Part shown: positions 12,005 through 26,200 of the stretch, piece after piece | How the letters are laid out: every line of letters starts with the position of its first letter | Position numbering within the stretch: the stretch's first letter is position 1 | Source of the DNA: Gonapodya sp. JEL0774 | Lineage: Eukaryota | Length of the DNA stretch: 32,846 nucleotides | Assembly: GCA_027604505.1 (NCBI GenBank) | Contig: JADIIX010000048.1 | Coordinates: forward strand, 124,001 to 156,846 | Direction: 5' to 3' | Position numbers and translations under genes: made by a program | Notes under the pieces: model-generated | The model's input: only the letters and a program-made list of their open reading frames with translations | Database searches by the model: none | What the model was told of the DNA's origin: nothing

Positions 12005-12369
12005 GGCCACGTGGATCGTGCAATTTTGCGTAGCTGTTGATGTAGCGAATGATCATGTATATACGTATTCATCTACTTACCCGAGAATGGCTTTGCAAGT
12101 CACCACTGACCACTGTTTTCAATGGCGGTGACCAAAGTCATATATTGGTGTTTGAACACAATTCAATTCGTTTTTTCCCAGCCCCTCTCACGGGCTTTCC
12201 CTCTGTTCCCGCATTGGAACTTTCTTTAAGCCTTGAGCTCCCAGCTGCTGCTGAAGAGCGGTTCGCCCGTTCCAACCCACCATTGTTGTTGGACATTTCA
12301 ACCCCACTCTAAGCTTAAAGCTTGTCTAGCGATATAAAGCAGTTAGCAAAACACTAGTCAACTCTCACC

Positions 12370-15300
12370 ATGCGCCGATCCTCTAGGCACAACGGCAGTA
12401 AGGAAGCCAATCCGGCTTTGGAGCCATCTGCAGAGTCTCACCGCACAACCCACCGACCCGAAGAAACAAAAGAGGAAGTGAAAGAGGAAGCGGATGTCGA
12501 GTCCAAGGTCTTATCCGAGAATCGAAGTGCTGAACCTTCTTCAGAACGGATGACTCGACGCAAATTGAGGTCACAACGGGAGCCAGAGGAGGGAGTCGCA
12601 TTGAAGGTTGAACCTGCCCGCTTACCGAAATCAAAGCAGGAATCTCGCGATAGAACCCCCGGACACTCAGAGAATGTTCCCGTCGTGGCGGAGCCGTCCA
12701 CATCGTCACAACCGCACAGACGACGGAAACCAGTTGCGAAAGAGTATAATGAGGACGGGGAAATGATCTACTGCACATGCAGAGAAGCAGATGATGGCAG
12801 ACCCATGCTTCAGTGCGAGGAGTGTGAGGAATGGTGAGTGTGGTGCCTGAGTCGTTGCTGTCGCATTGCTACTCACGAACTGTGCGCTCCAGGTTTCACC
12901 TCGGATGTGTCGGGCTCAGCAGGTCGCAAGCCACTTCCAACAACTTCCACTACGTCTGCCACCTTTGTATCGAAGATCACGAACTTCACGGAGAGCCTGT
13001 CGCGTCAACTGTTGTGGTGAAGAAGCGTTCACTGAAGGATCGTGAGTACCCACGGAAAAGATATTGCCATTTCAGTTGATGTCTTGAGGGAGGGGTATGT
13101 GTATTATTGGATATTCGGTTGCATTGTGTTGGGAGCACTCTGAACAATGAATAGTGGCCACTGGGTCGGGCCAGTGAAAGAACCCTCCTATGCTACAGTG
13201 TTTGCCCCCAAGATTGACTTCTGATCAGCCACTTGTGTGCAATAGAAGGACTTTGGGGGGAGAGAATCGTTGACCTGGGACACGTGCTTGCAGACTGCGT
13301 ATATGTGTACACGACCAGCGATTGATTAATTGGTTTTGCTTTCTTCCACTACCAGCAGAAGGTACCACACTCCCTCGCAAGAAGCTCAAATCCACCCGTG
13401 CGAAAATCGAAGATAGCGTCGGCGCCCCCAACGATGTCCCAAAAATCTCTGGTAGCGATCACGAAATGGGGGACGTCTCGGATGAATATGCGGAGGGTCT
13501 GGATGAGGAGGAGGAGAATGACGGCGAGGAGGACTATGTCGATGACGAAGAAGACACACCCAAGAAGAAGAAGCAAGGATCTAAGCTTCGGAGTTCTGGT
13601 GAAGATGCGAGCACGATCAAGGTGGGTGTATTTCTCTTGTTGTCTGAAAGATGATGTGGTTCATGTCTCACCATCCCTTTGAATGTGAAGGTTACTAAAA
13701 TTAATCGACCCACATCGATCAAGACAGCCACTCCGCATTCCGCCAGCACTCCTGCTCGTGTGAGCTCTCAAACACCTCTGGCGTCTTCCCCAGCAGTGAA
13801 TTCTTCAGAGGATCAATTTCGCTCTAATGCGAGGAAGGGACTCACGGAATCGTTCCGAGAGATATTCGAGGAAGCCTCAAAGGATCCCAGCATATCCGCA
13901 GTCGTACCTCTTGAAGACCCAGGGGCGTTCGCAATGGACGTCGAGAATCAACTTTTCCTCGCGCATGGCGACTACAAATCGAGTGACAAGAAAAATTATG
14001 GTACCAAGCGAGATCCTGGCGAGAACTACAAAGCACAGTACCGATCTCTGCGCACCAATCTCAAAGACTCAACCAACAAAACTTTCCGCCTTCGCATCGT
14101 AACTGGTGAAATCACAGCTGTAAAGCTTGCCACCATTACGAGTGATGAAATGGCCAGCGAGGCGATTAAGGAGCTCGCGGAAGAAGTGCGGAAGAAAAGT
14201 CTTGCAGAGATTGTGATAAAACCGGGTGCGGACGCGGCGGATGGGAGGCGAGTCGTAAAAACGCACAAGGGAGAAGTGGAAGTGGAAGTTAGCGGCATGT
14301 TGAAATCCAGTTTCTCTGCACCATTAGTCAGTCTCTCTACCGGCTTGTCACCTACTCAGGATACCAAGGGGGACATGGCGGAGCTTTCACCAACTCGTGA
14401 TCACATTAGCGACTATGATACCAAAGAGACTACTCAGGTGGAGGAGGACAATGGACGTACATTAACCGATGGTGATACTTCATTGGGAGATCTGTATCTG
14501 AGCTCAAATGACACAAGACTGACAGACGAGCCAACACTGGAGCGGACTCAAGATCTGGATACTGCCGAATCACTTAGGCGCAGTTCTTACGCTGCAAAAG
14601 CGAAGAGAGAGGCGAGTTTGGATGATCTGCTTGCGAAATTGGACTCCAGCAAGAACAATTTGGACTTGGATACCAAAGCTCACGATCCTTTCGAGAATGT
14701 TTGGGATCCTGCTCATGACCAAGTTTTTGAAGAGAGCCAGGAAGAAGCACTTGTGCGAAACCAAATCCTGTGGAGAGGATCACTGTCCATGCCACAAACA
14801 GAGACTGTACAATGCGCAGTACGGCAGGTCGGGGGTCATGTAACTGTACTTGATGGTCAGGTTGTCTTTGCTGAGAACGGGCCGTCAGGTCACCTCACCT
14901 TTGATCAAGTCCTTCCGGACGAACTCTCTGTCGACGGTCGCATCGCTCCAGACCGTGTAGCAGACTACATAGTCAAAACGATAAGAGCGGGCTCTAAAGC
15001 TGGATCCAAGAGCATTTTTCTGTTAGAGGTGGTTCCTGACGAGGATCGAGACTCGCATTCCACCTCCAAATACGCGCAAATGTTCGATTACTTCTACTCA
15101 CGTTCAAGGTACGGCGTAGTGACCGCTCGGCATGTTGCTCTTAAGGATGTGTACATTGTACCCGTTGCGAAGGGCGATCGGTTTCCGCGATTCCTGCAGT
15201 CGGTTGAGGGATACTCGAAAATGAGTGCTTGCACGAAGAACACTTTGATTGTGGTTCTAGTTGTTGTGAAACCATCACCAACAGTTACCAACATTAGCAT

Positions 15301-16412
15301 AGGATCTACAAACAATGCTCCTCTGCCTTCTATCGCAAATGGACCTCCAGTTTCAGCTGCACCATCTTTATCCGCATCAATGCCATCAACACCTGCAATT
15401 CCGAATGATCCACGACTGAGATCATCTCTACCAGCACATGATGATGGTGTCTTGACGCCAATGGCTGCACCTGCTGTTACCATCCACCCAGCACCTTTTG
15501 TTGGTGCAAAATCCATTCCTACCGTCGTCGAGGTCAATTCAGCGCCCGCTCTAGTTTCTCCATTGAGTACCCAGGTTCCTGAACACCAACCAAACTTGGA
15601 TGTCCTCAACAATATGTCTAGTGAAACCCTAACGAATCTGCTGTCGCAGATACAAAGTTTAGCCCAAATCGCTGGCATTACCGGTGGAGGTAGTTCCAAT
15701 CCGCCATCCGGGCCCGTGTCCGCAGGTCCTCTAGACCTCGGCGTCAATGCTCTTGCGCCCGCCCCTGTGTTTTCAACCAGGTTTACACCTTCCCCTCTGC
15801 AACCTCAGCCGGTCTTCGGGCTTCAACACTCATCCTCTGCGGTTGCACCCGCGGTTTCAAATCTTGCTTCCCTCTCCGCCTTATGGAATGCCGCTGGGCC
15901 GGTCGTGCACGGAAATCCTTCCGCCGGAACAATCGCTGTGGCACCAGCTACTGCTTGGAAAACAAACAACTTCAATTCCCAAACTCGGCCAAGCCCGAAA
16001 AGGTCATATCGTGGAAACGTTAGGTAGGTGCTTCCGCAATTTGTACCTTTTTGGCGAGCGCGTGTTCAAGTTTCTTGTTCTCAGCCGATCACGTAGTCGA
16101 AGCCGTACCCCTAGTCGCAGCCGTTCTCGTTCTCGTTCTCGTTCTCGTTCTCCTCGAGGGAGAAGAAGCTCAAGTAGCAGTAGTAGGAGTCGATCCCGCT
16201 CCCGTTCTCCTCGGAGGCGGAGAAGGTCTCGGACCCGAAGCCGCGAACGTAGAGACTACCGAAGGGGGGGTCGAGGTGGAGGCGGGAGCTTTGTGGGTGG
16301 ATACAGAGGCCGAGGGTTTTCTTCCCCCCGTGGTCGGGGACGTGGAGTTAGTGGTGGACATGTGGTAGAGTTTTCTAATTCCTCAAAATCAGCCAATAGT
16401 GATGTTAAATGA
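12370..16412 (+). CDS. Bye1/PHF3/DIDO-like transcription factor: PHD + TFIIS central domain + SPOC + C-terminal RS/RGG tail; 5 exons
   Basis: Exons 12370-12833, 12893-13041, 13356(or 13359)-13621, 13691-16023, 16085-16412. PHD YCTC..MLQCEECEEWFHLGC..YVCHLC; TFIIS-M YKAQYRSLRTNLKD..RLRIVTGEI..SDEMAS; SPOC LWRGSLSM..LSVDGRI..YFYSRSRYGV..KDVYIVP. Confidence 0.88.
16122..16151 (+). repeat. (CGTTCT)x5 coding hexamer repeat encoding RS dipeptides
   Basis: Five perfect copies within the last exon of the BYE1-like gene. Confidence 0.95.
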
Positions 16413-16635
16413 CCCGTTGCGAGTGGTTAGCAGCATGTTACATTGTACAACTCTTTCAAACTGCATACAGCCTCAATATCAGATAAGAAGGACATTTTAT
16501 GATCTCGTACAACTTGGAGAAGAATTCTTCCCTACCAAATATATCGTCAGTGCTTGGTTTGCCTCGAATCTCAATCATCACCCATGTGACGCCCGGTTGA
16601 CCAACTATCACCGTTTTGCATCTCCCAGGATAAAA

Positions 16636-19600
16636 ATGTTAAGTAAGGATTCAATCGTTGGAGAAGCCGATGTTAGTGGAGAAGTCGAGTGGACAACTGT
16701 CGCGTCCAGAAATCACCGCCCGGGGAACATTGCAACGAGAGAGAGAGAGAAGCGATGCTCGACTTTTGAACCGTCGGTCGGGATCAAGCGAGACGGTCCA
16801 CACCGATCCCCTCGGACATCCTACGCAGCAATCGCAAGCAAACCGCCGACCATCTCGAAAGGATTCTCACAGTATGCCTCAAGGTTAAGAGACGTGGAGC
16901 TGGTGGGCCGCCACAAGCTTGTTGACGAGGGGAATCTCATTCCGGGAGACGTCCTGGAAAGGTTGCTTGCGCAGGCGTTGTTCCGCTGCACGCAGCCGCA
17001 TGTCAGTGCACAAGAATGCGAAAAGTATTTGCGACTTATCCGCGACTTTGACCAGAAGATGACTCATGTGAGGATGCCATTCCAACTGAATGGGTGTTCC
17101 TCTGCCGTAACCATCCCGGTGAGCTGGCAGGTTCTCTCCTCGAAAACCAGCATGACACAAATGATCGCAAGCCGTCAGGAACTGACTGCAGCGCCGCCTG
17201 ACGCACCTAATGTTCCACTCGAATCTGCACTGTCTCCGCTGCTGGGCACTCCGGCTGTCGTTGATCCTTCAGGTGTGCCAAGCAACATCACGAATCGAGA
17301 TGATCCATTTTCTGGCCGTGAAAGCGTCGCTGCGTCCTCTGTGCACATTCAAACATCCGTGGCAGTGGACTCTGAGACGGGAACCGAGAAAGTGAGACAC
17401 TGTCCACGGTGCTTGGGCTGTGGCTGTTGACTTGCCGATATGAATGCTTAATCTAATGAACTCAGGATGGTTCTGCGTTGTCAACTCTGTGGATCGGTTT
17501 CGACCATCACCATATCTCAGATACAACAGACGGCACATTGGACAGAGCGAGAGATGATCCGTAGGGTCTGAAGATCGTATGTCCTCTGAAACTTTGCACT
17601 GATAGAATTTGGTCTGCATATTAGAGCCGACTCTCCTTTGCGCTCCACAACGAAGAGGTGGACATCCGAAGACCTCAAGCGAAAGCAGGTAGGAGCTTGC
17701 TTCGCTTTTTTGACGCCCGAACGGCCCGATCTTATCTGTCACGCTCAACGCACAGGCGAAAGCGCAAGAGTTGAGGGAGTCCCGTCTTCAAACAAAGACG
17801 GAGAAGATCAGGTAATTATTAAAAATTGGCGTTGCAGTGGCGGTTCTTACAAGCAATTTCTCTTAGAGCCAAATACTCGACTGCGGAGAAGTCTAAAGCA
17901 AGAATTCAATCAGATCTGGACGCTCATGTGGAGCAACTTCGACTGCAACTGGAGGAGAAGCAAACCAAAGCCCAATCTCTAAAGATCTCGAAAATTTTGG
18001 ACATTGTTCAGAAGGCAAACGACAGCTCGAAGGCTGATGATGTTTTGGCTTCCAGCAGCCAGAGGTGACGAGAAAACTTGCGACAGCAGTCGAATCAGTT
18101 TGTCCTGACTGTTGCCTTCTTATTCCTGTGTCACAGTACAGAAACCAAAAAGATTGAAATGCAGCAGCGAGACGATGAACTAGAAGCTCGATTGAAAGAA
18201 TTAGAGTCGGAAAGGCTGCGAAAGCTTGCCGATGCCCGAGCTTTGACCGAAGCTGCGAGTGAACGACGAAGGGAAATGGACCAAGAAAGACGGACGAAAC
18301 TCGAGGTGTGTTCACATGCGGCAGTGTGCGTATCTCTCTCGTATAGGTAATTCTGTTGTCTCAGAAAGAGTACGAGCGCAAGAAGGAGCTTGAATTCAGG
18401 AGACAGCAAGAGCGCAGATTGAGGGAGAGTCAACGCCAAGCGGAAAAAGAGATGAGAGCTCGTCGGATTGAAGAATTTAGCCGGGTTCAAGCATCGAAAG
18501 AAAGGCAGAGACAACTAGAACTTCAAGAAAAGGCAGAAAGAGCCTCTAAACGGTACGATGCAAGACTAGAGCACCTAAAGGAAAGAGCGGGGGGTGTGGT
18601 TGAGCATTCCAAAGAAGTGGCTTCGCGAGCGGCGGCCATGCGTGCCCCGATTATAAGGAAGCTGGTTGCGGTGAGTATTGCAGTGATCAAAACATTCGGA
18701 ATCGAACTACACTTGTTCTAGGGCATTGTTACATAGAAGTGACTTATTCCGTTTTAGTCAGTCCCTGGTTCTCCCGAACTAGCGTGCAAATTTGCCACTA
18801 ATGTGGAATCCTCGGAACAGGCTAGTATGGTTAAATCAGGAAAGAAACCAAAGAAGCGCAGAGTAAGTTCGGTGTTGAGAAGGGTCATCGCATTCCCCTT
18901 TCTCAGTCAGAAACTGCAATCCCTATTTCCTTTTTAGAAAACAGAAAAGATCGTACTCAATACAACACAGAAATCTGAGGATTGCTATGGATCATTAATC
19001 CAGCAAATTGCGCTCAGTGCTTTGCGGGATATTGTGACATCGGCGGAGATAACTCTTGCACCCATGGAAACCTCCAGCTCTCTGATTCGTTTGAGATCTA
19101 TATACAACGAGAGGATGGTCACAAGTGGTGATGATGGTCATCGAGATCTCGATCTTCTGGAATTGTTTTCTTTTGCATTCTTTGATTGCACACCGCTGAT
19201 ATCTTCGCTGAGGTAACGTGGATTCAAAGCGGAACCGCCAAAAGAATAACGTCTCACATTCCACACAATTGCAAGAATGGAAGCACTTCATATTCTCGAT
19301 ACACTAGTAAAACGCGGCTCTGTTGGATCGATCACCAGAGGATCGATACAACTATGTGATAAGCTTTTCTCTTGCTTTTCGCCAGAGAAACCTCACGTCC
19401 CTGAGGATCGTGATGCTCTCAACACCGCCACCATGCTTTTGTCCATTATCGCGGGGGTGATCTCAGCAGCAGATCTTGCCCAAAGTGGACGCACTTTGGA
19501 GTGAGTGAGTCCACCATTCCGAGGATCGTCCATGAATTATTGAATTCGAGAATTTCATCAGGCATCTTATTGCTTGTGGTGTTGCTCCTAAACTGCGAGA

Positions 19601-20496
19601 CACTTTTATGACGTTGCAAGCACCCGATGCATCTGTTGTCTCGTTCGTGCGAAATGCCTTGCAATTGCTGGAGTTGATGACTCAGGAAACGTTTTTAAAG
19701 TAGGTGAAATGCAGCTCACCGGGTAATTGCTCACGTCAAAGCTGACGAGGCACCCTCCAGATTGTGGGCGGCTGACAACTGTGAAAAGTCCAACCCAATA
19801 TTTGAGACATTTGGTAAAACAGATTTGGTCGGTGAGTGTAAATGCAAACGGACAGTACAGATTGCTTTCTCATTGCGTGTGCATGGAGCAGGCATGGTAA
19901 CCCTGATTTGCTCGTGGTGCATATCATCGGGTCCCTCCCGCTTAGCAGCCGCCACAAAACCTCAACCACAGGAAACAGTACACGTAGGACTGTATGTGAT
20001 GCGCATCCTTAACAATATCGGTCAATTCCAGCTCGAGACGTTGCAAACAGTACTTGGGTCGGATTTGCAACCAGAATTTTTCCACATGATTGTCTTTTGG
20101 ATTTCTTACTATCACAATTGGCATGCATCTGTGATGCCTAGGCATTTTAGTGAAGCGGATTTGCAAGCGGAACACCTCATGCTTGAGCTGTTACAGCTCG
20201 TTTTTTATTTTTCATTCAACAATCAGACAAACCAGAATCTGTTACGGTTTGGACCTAGTCCTGTTATTCTCCAGCTTATTTGCGAGCTTCCTTTTCGATT
20301 CTGCTCCGAACCGAGATTGACCAGGGTTTTCTTCCCAACTCTCATCGCCACGTTCCACGAGAACCCCGAAAACCGCCGTATTGTAGAAGGCGAAGTAAAC
20401 CCTCTTCACTTCAAAAAATATGCAGCGAAAGTGAAATTGCGGAAATTAGATTTGGGAGACCTTGAACAGAAAGTATCAGAAATTCTCAATAAATGA
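16636..20496 (+). CDS. SCAPER-like protein (S-phase cyclin A-associated ER protein); multi-exon, start uncertain
   Basis: N-terminal ECEKYLRLIRDF..VSWQV; coiled coil KRKQAKAQELRE..EEKQTKA..IVQKA; C-terminal FGPSPVILQLICELPFRFCSEPRLTRVFFPTLIA..NPENRRI resembling the SCAPER C-terminal block (TVLQKLCQLPFQYFSDPRL..LFPSLIA). Confidence 0.78.
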
Positions 20497-21038
20497 CAGT
20501 CTATCCAAATGTGTCAAAATTGGTCGACCGCAGCTGCCGGCAAAGCCAGACCAGGTGATCCAAAAGCCACCGACCACCAACACAGCGAAGATTCCGTGAG
20601 TTCGCCTAGCGCTACCCACATGCTTTGAACAGGATACAGATTCCTGGCGAGTCTGCTTAAGGAGATTGGTGCAATATTTGTGACCACTATTTGACGGGCG
20701 TCAAACGCCAGACGCGCTCTCTGAGTAGAACCCAGCGTGAGGAGTTTGGAAAGGAATCAGCGTATGAGTTGCTAGCGTGGTACCTCGATAATTTGAGGAA
20801 TCCTGAGATTGTAATCTTCTTTCGAGAAGAATCTCCCCATCTTGCCATTTTCGGCTTTCTGATCGTCACTGTCATATTCGTGATTCTAGGCGGACTGCAG
20901 TATTGGCTACCCGAGCAAACACATATAAGTTGATTTGAGTAAGCAATCGTCAGGCGATGGAGTTCCTGAGTCCCGGCGAACTTGAGTGTGAACGAACTGT
21001 TGTATTAGCCCGCGATCCATCAACCACCAACTGCTGCA

Positions 21039-23128
<2,090 letters not shown>

Positions 23129-23234
23129 ATGTCTGTGTATCCTTGTATTCAATTCATTTTTATTTTCTATCTCACTTCCTAATGTGCCAAATGCAACCAC
23201 TTGACAAACGAAACAAAATTGTAAACACGAGCAC

Positions 23235-26200
23235 CTAAGATGCTCGTTTAGGTAAGGGAGGTAGTCCGTTTCCCATCTCCACTGGAAGCCGAAAAAGGTT
23301 TGCCGCCGCCAACAACTCTTCCAACTTCGCACGGTTCCCGTGCGCCTTCGTGATTGCACCTTCAATTGTCTGTGATACTTGCTCCAGATGTTCTGTTCGT
23401 GTCTTTCTGGATTGAACTTCGCGTTTCAATTGGTTTATTTCACTTGCAGAAGAAGGAGTGAGCAGATGAAAACACCACCACAAGTTGGAGAAAACCATTC
23501 ACGTACTTCAGAAGCACCGCATTCTCCTCTTGCATCTTCACATTTTCAGTCAGTCGCTTTTCTTGCTGCTTCTGGAGCTTCTGTTTCAGTTTTTTCATGG
23601 TTCCTTCCAGATTATTCCGTTCTCTCATCATATCCTCTGCCAGACCGGATCGGGCACCACTTGTAAGATCACCCATTCTAACTTCATCATCACAAAGCTG
23701 TAAACTGCCTGGAGCTGTGGAATTTCCGTATGCCTGCGAATGTCGATGGTGGAATTGAACTATTGCAATCTGTAAGTTACGATTGTGCGCTTTAATCCTA
23801 TGATTTCGTCCCCATCAACAATTCACGCTGCTCACCTTGATTGCATGCATGTCCCCCGCCTTAACGATGGTCTGAATTTTTCCGAGATCAATCGACATCC
23901 GTTTTACAACCTCTGCTGCTGCTTCACGGCGGGTTCTTTCCTTCGCGAGGTCCTTCATAGTCGCTCTCAGTTTCATTTTCAAGTCCAAAAGCTGAGCTTC
24001 AAGCTCATCGTGCCGCTTATTGTAGTCTCCTAGCTCTCCATCCATCTCCTAAGAATCAAACCGAAGGTAACGTGAAAGACTCGAGAGGTTTGGGAAGAAC
24101 TCGACTCGAGGACGAAGCCAAAACTACTCACGTTTAGAGTTCCGCTCAATTCAATGAGCATCTTCTCTTTCGGTTCAACCTGTTTTCGCAACTCCGACAC
24201 CTTGTAGTCGAGAACAAACTTGAACTTTTCGAGCTCTTGATTTTTCTTTTTGAGGTCGTAGATGCGTTTCTCTTTATCGGCAATCGTATCGTCTCGCTCT
24301 TGCATCTAGTATCGAGTGATGTTACTGATCTCTGTAATTTGAGGGACGAGAAGCGTTGCACTCACCTCCTTTTTCACCGATTCCACATCCTTTTCGAGGC
24401 TCCGTATTTCACTCTGCAAGCGCTTTTCATCCGCAAGAATTCTCGCGAGCTCCAGCTTTCGAGACTCAAGCTCGTTTTGGACACCCTCGAAACTTGTTTT
24501 CATCGCGGTGTTCTCCTTCTTTATGCTGTTAGTGATCAATCGCTCCTTGAGTAATGCCTCTTCGAATTGGACCTTCAATTTCAGAACTTCAGTATCCGTA
24601 TGTGAGTCCATGCTTGTCATAGTTGATTCAAATTCTATCGCGCTGGTTCTGAGGTTTTCCTCTAGCTTGCTCTTTTCTTCTTGCCGCTCCTTCAACCTAG
24701 CCACATACATTGCCTCCAAATCCTGCTTCCTTGTATCATGTTGTTTTGATAAGGCCTGCATGAGCTCGTCATGGCGAAGTTTCTGTGACGCTATTTCGCG
24801 TTGTAGATCTTGGTATTTATTTCGCTCGGACGCAACCTTTGCTGCGAACGAAGCTGACAAATCCGAGATTTCCTTCACATTAGCGTCCTTCAATTCGGTC
24901 AGTGTAGTTACGTGGTTCTCTGCGTTCGACTGCCTCTCATTCTGAAGATTTGCTTTGGCCTGGCGAGAAGGTGAAGGCGTTGGAAGGACCTCGGCACGTT
25001 ATTCAGAGGTACAAGAGGTCAACCACACTCACCGTCTGTAGAGAGAACACCTCAGCCTGAAATTTGTCCACGAGTTCTTGTATCTTTTCCGCGTACTGGG
25101 CATCCTTCTTCCTCAGTATTCCCTCGTTTTCGGCTTTCAGTTCTTCACATTTTCTTTTCAATTCTGAAGTAACAAGCGCAGTCTCTCGTAGGTCGGATTT
25201 CGTTACTAAAATTTCATCCGAAAAGTCAGCTGCGCTGGCTTCTGACAACTGAGATAGCATCTTGTTCGGCTTTGTTGCTGTGGTGGTCGCATCAGTGTTT
25301 CCGCCGATTTCACCCTCAGTCGTCTCATTGTCATCCGGAATGTGAATGCGGTACGTCACCAGAACTCCATCTTCTCCCACGGTAAACAAATACCGATCGT
25401 CGAAGGAAAGTCTGATGCGGGTGACTCCTCCTGCGTGTATGGTGGTTTCGGAAAAGTAGTCCTCCACCGAACTCGTTGGTGGAACGCTCCCGACACCGCC
25501 GTTCGTAATCGACGGTCTCCGTCTCACTGGGTTCCCTGTCGCTGCAGGCTGTGCGAGGAGTTTTGGGGACGTGGAAAAGACGGTCCCCTTCTTGTTGGCG
25601 AGGAAAATGCTCTTGCCATTCTTAGATACGAGCATTTGGTGAAGCGGTGTTTTGCATGAGATTTCGCGCATAACCTTCGAATCCGCGACGTACTTCACCA
25701 AAAACAGTTGTAATCAAGAAATTCTTGCTACGAAACATTGCGGAAAGCTGGCTGTTACCTTCAGTTGATCCGAGCTGGTCACCCAAAATCCTTTGCCGTC
25801 CGGGGAATATGCTCCGCTCGAGTACACTAAGCCGGGTTTTGTGAGAGTTTCGCCCTCCTTTTTCATGATTCTGATGTTCCAATCGTACACCGCATCGTTT
25901 CCACACGACAGGAGCCTTGAATCATCGTAGCTAAAAATCAGGGACCGCACTTTTGAGGAATGTGCTCGCAAGTTGGCAACCACTTCGTATGTCCAAGTTG
26001 AGTGAACTTGAATGGTGGAACCATGAACAATGGCAAAGTACTGTCCCCCGTTAGAGAAGCGCAGCTGAAAGGGATCAAAACAATGGCTTCAGTACTGAGC
26101 GGAGAATTACAGCTCAGAGACGAAGGACTAAAGAAGTAAAGACCAACCTCTCGACAACCTCGAATTGGAGCCTCCCATTGAGACCGAATGTCATCGACCA

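Noticed and set aside
13271..13316. Short complementarity of the last intronic hairpin loop to LSU rRNA (GUCGUG...CAGGU)
   Set aside because: No target U lies between the two duplexes and there is no ACA box, so the geometry does not fit a pseudouridylation guide. Treated as chance.
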